From an uncultured Bacteriovoracaceae bacterium (GTDB lineage Bacteria > Bdellovibrionota > UBA2394), in the NCBI GenBank assembly GCA_964622975.1, contig CAZUTA010000014.1, positions 3,267-67,266 on the forward strand: 64,000 bases of DNA. Reading direction: 5' to 3'. Below are positions 48,941-58,994 of the stretch, in pieces (the first letter of the stretch is position 1; every line of letters starts with the position of its first letter). The notes under the pieces are model-generated. The model worked only from the letters and a program-made list of their open reading frames with translations, ran no database searches and was not told where the DNA came from. The position numbers were made by a program, and so were the translations under genes.

Positions 48941-49851
48941 AAGGAATTGTTTTAGCAGGAGGAAGTGGATCACGTCTTCATCCCATTACAAAGGGCACGA
49001 GCAAACAGCTGCTCCCTGTCTACTCAAAGCCAATGATTTATTATCCACTCTCAGTTTTGATGCTCGCCGATATCCGTGAAGTATTGATCATCACGCTCCC
49101 GGAGGACGAATCGAAGTTTAGAAAGCTACTGGGTGATGGGAGTCAGTGGGGAATGCGCATTGAGTACGCGCTCCAGCCCGAACCACGCGGTCTCGCCGAA
49201 GCATTTATCATCGCCGATAAGTCAGGGTTCCTAAAAGGGGGACACGAAGGTGCCGCTCTTGTCCTCGGAGATAATATTTTTTATGGAGGTGGCCTCACAC
49301 CAAGCCTGCGTCGTGCAGCGGCTCGAGACAGTGGTGCCAGCGTGTTTGCCTACTGGGTCAAGGATCCCGAGAGATATGGCGTTATTGAATTTGATTCCCT
49401 TGGGGCTCCAAAGCAAATTCAAGAAAAGCCTAAGGTTCACATCTCGCCCTACGCACTGACTGGAGTTTATTTTTTTGATTCACAAGTCGTACAGATTGCA
49501 AATGGCATTAAGCCATCATCTCGCGGTGAACTTGAAATTACAGAAATCATGAATTTTTATCTCAAAAGTGGTCAACTCAATGTCGAGATTTTGGGGCGCG
49601 GTATCGCGTGGCTGGATACAGGGACTCCCGAAGCCCTACATCAAGCCGCGAATTTTGTTGAAGCGATTGAAGAAAGACAGGGATTGAAAATCTCATGCCC
49701 AGAAGAAATCGCGTTTAGACAAGGCTGGATATCGAAGGATCAGCTCGGATCTTTAGCTCGGTCCATGAAGTCGAACGCCTATGGACAATATTTAGAGCGC
49801 TTACTCGCTGAAGCAGTTCCTTCCTCTAAAACGCAACCCCTATTAACATAA
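48937..49851 (+). CDS. rmlA: Glucose-1-phosphate thymidylyltransferase
   Basis: [18 protein letters not shown]...KQLLPVY signature. 4-nt overlap with rmlB. Confidence 0.9.
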   Translation: MKGIVLAGGSGSRLHPITKGTSKQLLPVYSKPMIYYPLSVLMLADIREVLIITLPEDESKFRKLLGDGSQWGMRIEYALQPEPRGLAEAFIIADKSGFLKGGHEGAALVLGDNIFYGGGLTPSLRRAAARDSGASVFAYWVKDPERYGVIEFDSLGAPKQIQEKPKVHISPYALTGVYFFDSQVVQIANGIKPSSRGELEITEIMNFYLKSGQLNVEILGRGIAWLDTGTPEALHQAANFVEAIEERQGLKISCPEEIAFRQGWISKDQLGSLARSMKSNAYGQYLERLLAEAVPSSKTQPLLT

Positions 49852-50176
49852 AGCTGAGGCCTGAGCCGGCGACGTTGGCGTAGATATCACGGACATCTCG
49901 ATCGCCCCCACGCTTGGGATCTGTGTATTCCTTGGCAGCACCCGCGGCGTTGATCAGGACAAAGCAGCCAATCTGTGAGCCCCATTTGGATCGGGTCACT
50001 GTTTTGGCAAGAGCGTAGCAACTGGTTTGAGCCGTGGCCGCGATTCCAAAATGGGCCGCCTTGTCGACGGGGACTGGATCCCTGCCCGGTTCCTCGGCGG
50101 CTTCTGCGTTTGAGAAGCAAGCGCTGACGATCAACGATAAGAAGATTAAAATGAGACCCAACTCTTTAGTGTTCAT
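49826..50176 (-). CDS. Small hypothetical lipoprotein
   Basis: Signal peptide with lipobox LIVSAC. 116 aa with no recognisable domain. Confidence 0.35.
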   Translation of the reverse strand: MNTKELGLILIFLSLIVSACFSNAEAAEEPGRDPVPVDKAAHFGIAATAQTSCYALAKTVTRSKWGSQIGCFVLINAAGAAKEYTDPKRGGDRDVRDIYANVAGSGLSFMLIGVAF

Positions 50177-50538
50177 ATGTCCGTACTCCCTAACTTAACT
50201 CGCGGCCTTTAATGCAAGCCCCAGGCCAAGAAGACGGCTCCGATAAGTTATTGAAATAACTGCCTAAAATATTGATGCCGCGACAACTTCGCCCCAAATA
50301 AAGGCGCCAAAGTGTGATGAATATGTCTCACTGCCGATATGTGGCGGTACTTTCACCCGCTATTTTTTCAAAGGATTTGAAGCCACCCGCAAGGCGGCAG
50401 CGAGCTCGTTCTGCAAAGAGTCGCGAGCCAGACAACGAAGCCGATGTCTTCGAACGAGGGCGCGTACCATGATGTACGTAACCGAGAGAGAATCGAGGCG
50501 GAGGAAGTATGGCGAAGTGAATCTGCAGCAGAAAAATG

Positions 50539-50612
50539 CGCGGCCTGAGCGATTCGAACGCCCGACCCTCTGGTTCGAAGCCAGATGCTCTATCCAGCTG
50601 AGCTAAGGCCGC
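50539..50612 (-). tRNA. tRNA-Arg (anticodon TCG)
   Basis: Folded manually. 7-bp acceptor GCGGCCT/AGGCCGC, D-arm GCTC-AGCTGGATA-GAGC (A20), anticodon stem TCTGG/CCAGA with loop CTTCGAA (U33, A37), T-arm GGGCG-TTCGAAT-CGCTC. 74 nt, CCA not encoded. Confidence 0.8.
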
Positions 50613-50699
50613 ACTCTTAAAAAAACCTGACTCAAAAGGCATACTCGAGCATGCATAGGCAGCGCAACCTCTCTGTCAGATTAGTTTAACTCCCTTAAA

Positions 50700-51785
50700 T
50701 CAATATTCTCCAGGGCGACGGCGTCCAGGAACGGGCTTAGGATCCGGCTCGGGTGTAGTGCCTCCGCAGCCTGGGCACGAAGTCGTAATCTGGCAGGGAT
50801 CAATGCCCGCATCTCTCAATTCCTGGCATATCGCATTCACACCTTCTTCATTGCCACATTGCCACCAGGGCTTTTCGCCACAATACCACTCACTCCATCC
50901 ATCCGCTGGGTTGAGGTAGCGATATCTCCACCAAAAATTATTCCAATGGCTACAAACGAGTCCCATTCCTTCATAAAATCGACACAACCGTTCATGAGCC
51001 GCTTCTTCTTCGGTCTCCGGGATCTTGAGTTCACCATTCTCACTAATCCAGCAATGAATCGCTTGCCCCGTAGAAGGTTCGATCAAACAAACTTCCCATT
51101 TTCCATCAGGGGTTCGTGTTCGCTGAATATTAAAGGCATGATTCCAACCATAGGAAAAAAGAAAAATAATATGGCAGTTTTCACGCTCTGATTCCGGCAA
51201 CAATTGGCAATAGGCCCAAGCCGTATCATCACAATCCCAAAACTCCTCCGAACAATTCACAGGAAACAAATGTTTGTGAGGAACAACATAGTCCGGAACC
51301 AAACCTCCTGGCGGAGTGGGATATCTCGTGGGAGGCATCATTGCTAAGATCGCCGCAGATCCACACACAATTTCGGCCTTAAACGGACCTGGCTTCGCAG
51401 AGTACTCCCCATCGCGCGAATTCCGCGCTGCTGCTTCAGCCGCAGCACCGCCCGCAGGGACTAAAACGCAAGGACCGCGGTTGAGACGCTCTTGTGGCGA
51501 GCGCACATAGCGATTGATCCCTGTTGGATTCAGGCCATGAGCGGCGTTGAGAAGAAAGAGCTCTTCGGAATGGCTCAAGGCATAATGGGGACCATTACGC
51601 ATGACCTTCCAGTCAAGAATCTCCCAGTTCATTTCTTTCATCGCTTCGGCCATCGCCTCGGGAGTATTAAAGATCGAAAGATCTTCTAAGTTCTGAGCTT
51701 TCAACTGAGCACTTTGACTGCCCATCAAAAAGAAACTTACCGCCACAAGAAACAGGGCACTTTTACCACACCACGCTCGTTTCAC
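50700..51785 (-). CDS. Secreted Cys- and Trp-rich hypothetical protein
   Basis: Signal peptide, then a C-terminal half with at least 14 Cys and many Trp (CSHWNNFWWRYRYL...WYCGEKPWWQCG...CPGCGG). Confidence 0.5.
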   Translation of the reverse strand: MKRAWCGKSALFLVAVSFFLMGSQSAQLKAQNLEDLSIFNTPEAMAEAMKEMNWEILDWKVMRNGPHYALSHSEELFLLNAAHGLNPTGINRYVRSPQERLNRGPCVLVPAGGAAAEAAARNSRDGEYSAKPGPFKAEIVCGSAAILAMMPPTRYPTPPGGLVPDYVVPHKHLFPVNCSEEFWDCDDTAWAYCQLLPESERENCHIIFLFSYGWNHAFNIQRTRTPDGKWEVCLIEPSTGQAIHCWISENGELKIPETEEEAAHERLCRFYEGMGLVCSHWNNFWWRYRYLNPADGWSEWYCGEKPWWQCGNEEGVNAICQELRDAGIDPCQITTSCPGCGGTTPEPDPKPVPGRRRPGEY

Positions 51786-51817
51786 AGATTCTCCTCACTT
51801 CCCCCCCTATTTGATTT

Positions 51818-52804
51818 TTAGTAATTTACTTCGACGCGAACTTTCATTCGCGCAAATGTTGGGGCTTCCGAAATCTCTCGAGGGACATACGCGACGTATC
51901 GATATCCCATTGCATTACTCCTCGAGGAATCAGTCAGAATTCGATTCTTTTTTGCAACCTGAGTCACATTCCAGTTGGAATCAGAAAGTTGGACGAATAA
52001 TTCTCCCGTGTCCTGAAAGTTTCCATCCAATAGATTCATGCGACCAAAAACAACTGCATAATAATCTTCGGGGGCCTTATTCTGGCGAGCGAGCGAAAAA
52101 TAAAACTCCAAAACAGATCTCGCCAGCTGGGGATCCGTATGCGGGCCTTTTCCTGAACCCGCAAACCTTCCACCATACCGCTTAAAGAACTCAGCATCGT
52201 CCTTTGGATCTGCGGGCAACTGCTCGTGGCCTCGAGCGAGTTCTTCTTTCTCAAACCAGTCTTTAAATTCAAGGGCTCCTCGAACGTGAGCTTTGGGGTT
52301 TTTTTCTGTCGGGCTGTCATCGATTTGCTCAATGAGAATTTCGTAGGACTTGCCCGCTTTTGAAAAAGTCTTCGTGGTCTGCCATCGGCCTGATGGAGAT
52401 TTTTTGAGATCTTCCCGTCTTAAATGAAACAGAGTCTCACCGAGGACGCCCGCATCTCTCAAGTCTTTGGACAGACTCGCTTGAGTCTCCGAAGGAATAC
52501 TCTCCAGAATCGTCGCCATCTCTCTCTGGGTTATTGGGGTTTCAAGAGTCAGCTGCATCAGACTGAGCGGGCTCACACTCAACCGCGCACCAGAATTATC
52601 GAGCTCTTTTTGAGTTCCTTTAATGGACTCCTGACTCGCTACTGAACTGGAGTTTTCTTGGATCTTGATTTTAAGAGAATTCAATATCTCTTGGCGACGA
52701 TCCCATTCTTTGGCCATCGGATCTGGATTCTGAGAAAACAGAGGACTCCATCCGAATACGGCGAGCACGACACAATACCCAATCGAAACACACACACGCT
52801 TCAT
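51818..52804 (-). CDS. Secreted hypothetical protein
   Basis: Probable start at Met13 (MKRVCVSIGYCVVLAVFGWSPLFS signal peptide). No recognisable motif. Confidence 0.4.
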   Translation of the reverse strand: MKRVCVSIGYCVVLAVFGWSPLFSQNPDPMAKEWDRRQEILNSLKIKIQENSSSVASQESIKGTQKELDNSGARLSVSPLSLMQLTLETPITQREMATILESIPSETQASLSKDLRDAGVLGETLFHLRREDLKKSPSGRWQTTKTFSKAGKSYEILIEQIDDSPTEKNPKAHVRGALEFKDWFEKEELARGHEQLPADPKDDAEFFKRYGGRFAGSGKGPHTDPQLARSVLEFYFSLARQNKAPEDYYAVVFGRMNLLDGNFQDTGELFVQLSDSNWNVTQVAKKNRILTDSSRSNAMGYRYVAYVPREISEAPTFARMKVRVEVNY

Positions 52805-52914
52805 TCCGCCTCTTTGGCACAGCTCTATTTGAAACGGCAAGGAATAAGGCAGTAGAATTTAATGCCACTCCAATCCTCAATAAGCCTTTGGATAGAGACG
52901 AATTTTAAGAACGC

Positions 52915-53976
52915 CTAGCGGTTTACGCCGTGTGCAAGATTTTCGCGCAAGCAGTTGGGGCTGACCTCTACAAAGTGAGAGGCTTCACGAATCTCGCCGA
53001 TAGATCGACAGTTGAGATAGCTCATGCCACTGCGGATTCCACCCACAAACTCTTGAACGATCTCTCGCACAGGCCCTTTACAGGCCACATGAGTACTTTC
53101 ACCCTCGGGAGCCATCCCTTCGGGCAACTGGCCGCCGCGCCACGAGGTCTGCGCAGAACGAGACGCCATTCCACGATACAACTTTTTGCCGTGTACAATT
53201 TCTCCAGGAGTTTCGATCGCTCCCGAGAGCACACTGCCCATCATTAAGGTAGAGGCTCCCGCCGCGAGAGCCTTCATCCCATCGCCACTTGTTCGTAAGC
53301 CTCCGTCCGCAATAATCGGCACTCCCGATTTGCGCGCAATCTCGGAGCAAATCGCAATTGCGGAGAGTTGAGGCATCCCAACACCGGTAATAATCCGCGT
53401 CGTACACATACTGCCTGGGCCAATTCCAACTTTGATCGCATCTGCACCCGCGGTGATCAAATCTTCGGTCGCCTTAGGAGTCGCGACGTTCCCGCCAATC
53501 ACATCGACTTTCGGAAATTCCTTTTTGAGATGCCGAATCATTTCAATCATGGATTCGCTATGGCCGTGCGCAATATCCACTGTCAAAATCTGCGCACCAG
53601 CATCGACAACGGCGCGTGCGCGCTCCTTTGAATCTTGATTCACTCCCACAGACGCGGCGATAAGGCCTGCGTTCGGCATCTTGTCCCTAATTTTTTTGAC
53701 TTGAGCCACTTGCGTCTCAATGGTCATAAACCGATGTAAGATCGCCGTCGCTCCGATTTCATTCATCGCGATGCACATTTCGGCTTCGGAGATCGTATCC
53801 ATATTGGCAGCCACCACCGGGAGCTTGAGCCTAAAGTTTCTTGTCAGTAGAGAATCCGTCTCAACATGAAATCGGCTTTGCACAGCTGATCGACAGGGCA
53901 TGAGCAAAACATCGTCAAAAGTATAAGCACGATCGCGCTTGGCGAGATCACTGGCCGAAAAAACAAATCCCATCAT
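52915..53976 (-). CDS. IMP dehydrogenase/GMP reductase family protein (no CBS pair; GMP-reductase-like)
   Basis: TIM-barrel IMPDH/GMPR core ([10 protein letters not shown]...[11 protein letters not shown] catalytic Cys loop), 353 aa without a CBS insertion. Confidence 0.7.
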   Translation of the reverse strand: MMGFVFSASDLAKRDRAYTFDDVLLMPCRSAVQSRFHVETDSLLTRNFRLKLPVVAANMDTISEAEMCIAMNEIGATAILHRFMTIETQVAQVKKIRDKMPNAGLIAASVGVNQDSKERARAVVDAGAQILTVDIAHGHSESMIEMIRHLKKEFPKVDVIGGNVATPKATEDLITAGADAIKVGIGPGSMCTTRIITGVGMPQLSAIAICSEIARKSGVPIIADGGLRTSGDGMKALAAGASTLMMGSVLSGAIETPGEIVHGKKLYRGMASRSAQTSWRGGQLPEGMAPEGESTHVACKGPVREIVQEFVGGIRSGMSYLNCRSIGEIREASHFVEVSPNCLRENLAHGVNR

Positions 53977-54109
53977 GTGTAAGTCTCCTCAATTTGGATG
54001 CATCAAACCTTTGAAGAGTTACCGAACGGGCTTCTTTTTGGCGAGCGCAATTCAGTCGTCCTCATTATTATTGGCTTCGGGCTATGAGGCTCGATAAAAG
54101 CGCTAAGAC

Positions 54110-55327
54110 ATGCCGATTCGTCAGTACATAGCCTCCTGGAAAATGCTCTCCAAGCTCCCCAAAGAGATTTGGACCTTGAGCCTCACCATTTTTATCAATC
54201 GCTGCGGCAGTATGGCCTGGCCGTTTTTTACTCTTTATCTGACGACTCAGCGTGGATGGAGTCCGGCAGAGGCGGGCGGCCTGCTGTTTCTGGACGGGAT
54301 TTTTGGATTCAGTGGCGCACTCATTGCCGGTGCGCTCACGGATAAAATTTCGCCCGTCATCATCATGAGAGGGAGTCTGATTTTTTCTGCTCTTAGCCTT
54401 CCGTTGATTCCTCTCAGTGAATCTTCGAGCGCACTCATTATCGCAACAGCCCTTTGGGCTTTAGGCACCCAGGCTTACCGTCCGGCGGCGGCGACGATGC
54501 TCAATTTGCTGACTCCTGCCGAGGATCGAAAACTCACGTTTTCTCTCTACCGCCTGGCCATTAACTTTGGATGGGCCATTGGCCCCGCGCTCGGAGGAAT
54601 CATTGCTGAGAGAAGTTACCCCGCACTTTTTTATATCAATTCCATCGCGCTTTTTTCAGGTGTTTTTGTATTGGCAAAACTCAAATCTCCTCATCGACCC
54701 AAACGAGGGGATCTCCCCGCAGAATCCAATTTGATTCACCCCTATCGAAAAGAATCTCGAGCATTTTTTGATACGACGTTTTTGTTTTTTCTTTTTGGAA
54801 TATTTTTGGTCGCCTGCATTTACAAACAACATGACACGGTTCTCGGGCTTCATTTGGCGCAGAATCTTCACCTCTCGACGGCTTGGATCGGACTTTGTTT
54901 TGCGGTGAATGCGATCCTCATTGTGTTTGTCGAAATCCCTCTCAATGTCTGGACTCATCACTGGTCACTCAAACGCTCCATGGTTCTTGGAAGTTTGATC
55001 TATGCCATTGGTTTTGGACTTCTAGGATTTGCTTGGAATTTTACGACAGTCGCGATGCTTGTTGCGTTTTATACATTTGCAGAAATGATCGAATCTCCCG
55101 CCGTCCATGCCAGTATTGCCCATCGAGCTCCCGAACATCGACTCGGCGAATACACTGGGCTTTTGACGATGACTTTTTCGCTCTCCAACTCACTTGGACC
55201 CTGGATTGGAACCTGGCTCTATGAGCATTACACTCACTATTCGGTCTGGGCGTTTTGCTTTTTGTGCGGGACCATCGGGGCCGCGATTTTTTGGCGATCT
55301 CAGTGGCTCAACCCTCACAAAAGCTGA
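54110..55327 (+). CDS. MFS transporter
   Basis: 12 TM helices, 405 aa. Confidence 0.7.
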   Translation: MPIRQYIASWKMLSKLPKEIWTLSLTIFINRCGSMAWPFFTLYLTTQRGWSPAEAGGLLFLDGIFGFSGALIAGALTDKISPVIIMRGSLIFSALSLPLIPLSESSSALIIATALWALGTQAYRPAAATMLNLLTPAEDRKLTFSLYRLAINFGWAIGPALGGIIAERSYPALFYINSIALFSGVFVLAKLKSPHRPKRGDLPAESNLIHPYRKESRAFFDTTFLFFLFGIFLVACIYKQHDTVLGLHLAQNLHLSTAWIGLCFAVNAILIVFVEIPLNVWTHHWSLKRSMVLGSLIYAIGFGLLGFAWNFTTVAMLVAFYTFAEMIESPAVHASIAHRAPEHRLGEYTGLLTMTFSLSNSLGPWIGTWLYEHYTHYSVWAFCFLCGTIGAAIFWRSQWLNPHKS

Positions 55328-55926
55328 GTTTTTTTGGCAATCAAGAACACTTTGTCTCCCCACGCCGAAGAAGGCGTCAGCTCAGAATAATATTGAATCT
55401 GAAAGCTCATGCTCTGAGGATTAAGCGACGTTAAAAGTTCATTGGCTTTGTAGCATTCGAAGGCTTCGATACTTTTGTTGGTTTTTATAGCAGCGAGGAG
55501 GTGGGCCTCCATGATGAGCACGCCATTTTGTTTGAGACCTCGCGATAAATTTTTGAGCAAAGTCAGGGGCGGCTTAAAATCCACACTCACAATTGCATCA
55601 TAGGCGAGAAGCTCTGGAATAAAAAAATCCAAGTCCCCCGTCTTCCAATTCACTTTGGCCCCAGACTCTGCTGCAAGCTTTTGAGCGCGCTCGTGCGCAA
55701 GAGGAGCCGAATCAATCGCCGTAACATCGTATCCCTTAAGTGCAAGCGCGACAGCGTTACGACCTTCGCCCGCAGCGATTTCCAAAACCTTTCCGCCAGA
55801 AGGAATCAAATCCAGATACGAGATGACAAATTCAGAGGGCGTCTTTGAATACAAATACCCCTCGGTCTTAGAATATTTTTCGTTCCACCACTCTTTGGTA
55901 TTTTCTTTGTGCTGAGATCGAATCAT
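55315..55926 (-). CDS. Class I SAM-dependent methyltransferase (TehB-like small MTase)
   Basis: VLEIAAGEGRNAVALALKGYDVTAIDSAP (motif I). Confidence 0.65.
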   Translation of the reverse strand: MIRSQHKENTKEWWNEKYSKTEGYLYSKTPSEFVISYLDLIPSGGKVLEIAAGEGRNAVALALKGYDVTAIDSAPLAHERAQKLAAESGAKVNWKTGDLDFFIPELLAYDAIVSVDFKPPLTLLKNLSRGLKQNGVLIMEAHLLAAIKTNKSIEAFECYKANELLTSLNPQSMSFQIQYYSELTPSSAWGDKVFLIAKKTQLL

Positions 55927-56146
55927 TTGTTTCGCGCTCGAGTAAAAGTCAAAAGCAAATAAGAGAGACGCTCCATCTGACGCTGATCTTGTGGAGCCAC
56001 TTTGTATTTTTCGTAGAGATCAAAGAGCTGCTTACCAAGGCTCGTATACAAATGAGAATCAATCACGGGCGTTGCCAATTTTTTGGACTCAAAATGACGA
56101 CCCTCCTCAAGACCCAAAGATTCGATCACATCGTCACGGCTTGAGC

Positions 56147-56491
56147 TCAATGACATCCCCCACCACAGCATCCGCCCGCCACTTCTGCCTCAGGCGAAAT
56201 TTTTTCCTCCGTCAAAGGAGGCAAATTTTTGATGCGATCAAACGCAAAAATACTGCGATGACTATCGGCCCACATAATTCCAACAGCATAATTGCCTACG
56301 AGATCTAATGAATGAACGCTTCGCGATCTTTCAAAGCGAGCATCGCGATAGTCCGGATGACTCGGCATTTCTCGACATACCGCGCACGTACAAGCGAGCC
56401 TCAGGCGAGCATAATCGACGACGTCGAGCTTTCCATCGGACCAAATAATCTGAAGGCCGCCACTCGAACGGCGAATCTCTTTGGGCTTCAT
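56147..56491 (-). CDS. DUF971 family protein with C-terminal Cys/Gly-rich tail
   Basis: LQIIWSDG...LRLACTCAVC signature of DUF971. Unusual C-terminus GGCCGGGCH. Confidence 0.5.
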   Translation of the reverse strand: MKPKEIRRSSGGLQIIWSDGKLDVVDYARLRLACTCAVCREMPSHPDYRDARFERSRSVHSLDLVGNYAVGIMWADSHRSIFAFDRIKNLPPLTEEKISPEAEVAGGCCGGGCH

Positions 56492-56512
56492 GAGGACTAA
56501 TTAAGTCCCGAA

Positions 56513-58147
56513 TCAATCCTCAATCAAGAACATCTGGAATTCTGCCTTGTTGCCACTTCGACGCTTGCTCGCAAGGCGCACCTGATCCTCGGGCACACCC
56601 TTCGCAACGAGATAAGCGCGCAGGGATTCGAATCGCGTATCTATGATAGAACTCGATTCACCCGGTCCAACAACCCCTTGGAACTGAATGACTGAGCTGG
56701 GGTTTTCGAGCAAGAATTTACTCGTCTGATCAAGTGTCATCATCACTTGTGGCTCGACAGATGCATCGTTTGGCGAAAACGAAAGCTCACCCGGAATTTT
56801 TGTCGGATCTTTAGCAGCAGGGGCCTTGGCCGCCGCTTTTGGTACTATCGCTTGAGTGGCAACGGCAGCTTCGTCTCCCAGCCCTGCATCAGCCACTGTC
56901 GCCGCAGGAGCTGCGGATTTAGGCTTTGCAGATTGAGGCAAAAATTTATCCAGTGGTCGAGCGGGCGCTTTGATGACTTCAGTCTTAGTTGCTTCAGATT
57001 TTTTGAGATTGCGCGCCTCTTCACCGGTTTGCTGCGAACCTCCTTGAGTTATATCAGTTGCAGCTTGCGCTTCTGCTAAGGCAATCGCATCAGGACTCAA
57101 ATCCATTTTCTCCGGAGCCTCCGTCGTTGCAGAAGCAGAAGTTTGATCTCCCTTAGCAGCATTTGGATCTACCGGAGTCTCAAAAGCCTCGGACTCTGCC
57201 GTATTTGCTTGAGGAGTAAGCATTCCTTCAGGCCCCTTGATTTGGCGAGGAGTGGGAAGAATTGCAAAGTTTGGAACTTCCTTTTTGGCTGCTACGGGAG
57301 TCGCCGCATCGGCCGATGCGGATTGAAGAGCCTCGCTCGAGATTTCTCCAGGCATGGAGGGGGTCTCGACGGGCTTCACTTCTGCATCGCTCGGAGCGGA
57401 CTTCACAGAAGGGCTAAGATCGGTAGGAACCGCTGGCAAAATGGGAGTCGGCACTGGAGCACTCGAAGAGGCTCGAGCTCCCGGGACTTCTGCCACCGGT
57501 GCAGAACCGCCTTCATTTATTTTCTTTTCCACAGGAACCGCGGGTCGCACAGGCTGACGAGCTGGTGCCGGCGCAGACGGAGCGACAGGCGCCACTTTAG
57601 GTGCTACTTTTGGTGTCGCGACAGAATTTCGAGTGGATTTTGCCACTCCATTCGACTGAGCGGCTCGCTTCATCGCCAAATATTTTGCGAGAGCTGCCTT
57701 GGGCAGCGCTCGAGGTTCTTGAGAACGTGGCTTAGGCTCGTTATTCCACGCTGGATTCGGTGCTGGCAAAAATTCTGGCTCTGCTGCGGGCAGAGATGCG
57801 GGCGCTTGTGCAACAGCGGGTGCCGGCGCACGAACCGCCGCCAATGGAGCAGGCTCTGCTCGCTTTGCTGCCATCTTTGCTTCGTACGCTCCCGGATCGA
57901 CAATGCTCTCAGACCAAAGGAGAGATTCTCTAAATTTTTGAGTCGCAATATCGTACCGAGCTTCATCCAACGCCACTCGACCTTCCGAAAAATTCACGCG
58001 CGCTTTTTCGAGATCACGATGCTGAGGCTCTTTGGTTTGCGCCTTTTCGAGCTGCCGAAATGCGCTGACATAAAGTTTGTTTGCATCCTGAGCAGCACAG
58101 CCCGACAGGCTTAAAGCCAGTAAAATCCGGCACCAAATTCGATTCAT
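56513..58147 (-). CDS. Lipoprotein with long Pro/Ala-rich low-complexity linker and OmpA-like C-terminal domain
   Basis: Lipobox LSLSGC. About 350 aa of P/A/E/K-rich sequence. C-terminus RFESLRAYLVAKGVPEDQVRL resembles an OmpA_C-like peptidoglycan-binding fold. Confidence 0.45.
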   Translation of the reverse strand: MNRIWCRILLALSLSGCAAQDANKLYVSAFRQLEKAQTKEPQHRDLEKARVNFSEGRVALDEARYDIATQKFRESLLWSESIVDPGAYEAKMAAKRAEPAPLAAVRAPAPAVAQAPASLPAAEPEFLPAPNPAWNNEPKPRSQEPRALPKAALAKYLAMKRAAQSNGVAKSTRNSVATPKVAPKVAPVAPSAPAPARQPVRPAVPVEKKINEGGSAPVAEVPGARASSSAPVPTPILPAVPTDLSPSVKSAPSDAEVKPVETPSMPGEISSEALQSASADAATPVAAKKEVPNFAILPTPRQIKGPEGMLTPQANTAESEAFETPVDPNAAKGDQTSASATTEAPEKMDLSPDAIALAEAQAATDITQGGSQQTGEEARNLKKSEATKTEVIKAPARPLDKFLPQSAKPKSAAPAATVADAGLGDEAAVATQAIVPKAAAKAPAAKDPTKIPGELSFSPNDASVEPQVMMTLDQTSKFLLENPSSVIQFQGVVGPGESSSIIDTRFESLRAYLVAKGVPEDQVRLASKRRSGNKAEFQMFLIED

Positions 58148-58200
58148 ATAACCTTTATTCTACAAATGACGCGCGCGTCGAAGCAAGCTATGCAAAACAA

Positions 58201-58920
58201 ATGCCTTTGAATGAAAAGGACCGCCTCGCTAACCTTGGAGATCTTGCTGCGATATTGGCTCATGAGATGAAGAATCCCATGAATTCCATCATCATAAACC
58301 TCGAATTGCTGCGTTCTACTCTGACCGAATTGACCTCGGGCGTCGAAACACCCTCCAGTCAGCGCGCTAAAAAATACTTGGATGTTGTGGAAGGCGAAGT
58401 CAAACGTCTCGACAAAGTGCTCAGAGGATTCTTGGATTTTGCGAGTCCGCCCCAAACAACGCGAATACGATTCAAAGTAAATCCCGTGATCAAACTCATG
58501 GTGGATTTTATGGCGCCGGAGTTTAAAAACAAAGGTGCGACTCTCCAATGTGAGCTCGAAAGCGAACTTCCCGCAGTTCATGGGAGTGCTGATCAATTCA
58601 AGCAAGCACTCCTCAATCTGATGCTCAATGCGCTTCAAGCCATGCCCGAACAAAATGGCCACACCACCGTCAAAACAAAGACAGAGGGAACGCATATCGT
58701 GATCGAAGTTTCGGACAATGGTACTGGAATTGATCCTCAGATTTTTTCTAAAATTTTTGATCCTTATTTTACGACCAAAACTAAAGGCTCAGGCCTTGGA
58801 CTCACCGTAGTCAAAAGATTTGCCAAAGATCATGGCGGCGATGTCCGAGTAGAGTCCAAAGCTGGTCAGGGGACCGTTTTTGCGATTCTCCTTCCTCAAT
58901 GGACCTCAGATCCCTCTTAA
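58201..58920 (+). CDS. Cytoplasmic sensor histidine kinase (HisKA + HATPase_c)
   Basis: H-box LAAILAHEMKNPMNSI. N, G1 and G2 boxes present (NLMLNALQA; DNGTGI; GSGLGL). Start is taken at ATG 58201 to avoid overlap with the convergent lipoprotein gene. Confidence 0.7.
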   Translation: MPLNEKDRLANLGDLAAILAHEMKNPMNSIIINLELLRSTLTELTSGVETPSSQRAKKYLDVVEGEVKRLDKVLRGFLDFASPPQTTRIRFKVNPVIKLMVDFMAPEFKNKGATLQCELESELPAVHGSADQFKQALLNLMLNALQAMPEQNGHTTVKTKTEGTHIVIEVSDNGTGIDPQIFSKIFDPYFTTKTKGSGLGLTVVKRFAKDHGGDVRVESKAGQGTVFAILLPQWTSDPS

Positions 58921-58994
58921 AAGCGTTTCTGAGCTGCATATTCTGATGCCGGCTTTTTGCGATTCAGATCAAAGTTTGGTAGAGCCAATGATTC

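Noticed and set aside
50330-50360. Possible ops/JUMPstart element (GGCGGTAG) upstream of the polysaccharide genes
   Set aside because: Only a near match (GGCGGTAC at about 50345) was found, on the wrong side and orientation of the locus. It is not convincing.
50328-50642. 104-aa minus-strand ORF
   Set aside because: It overlaps the tRNA-Arg gene and a non-coding leader region. No motif is present, so it is likely spurious.
57143-58114. 323-aa + strand ORF, extremely Arg/Cys/Ser-rich
   Set aside because: It is antisense to the Pro/Ala-rich lipoprotein gene. GCN/CCN codons read in reverse give the R/C/S-rich composition, so it is an artefact.
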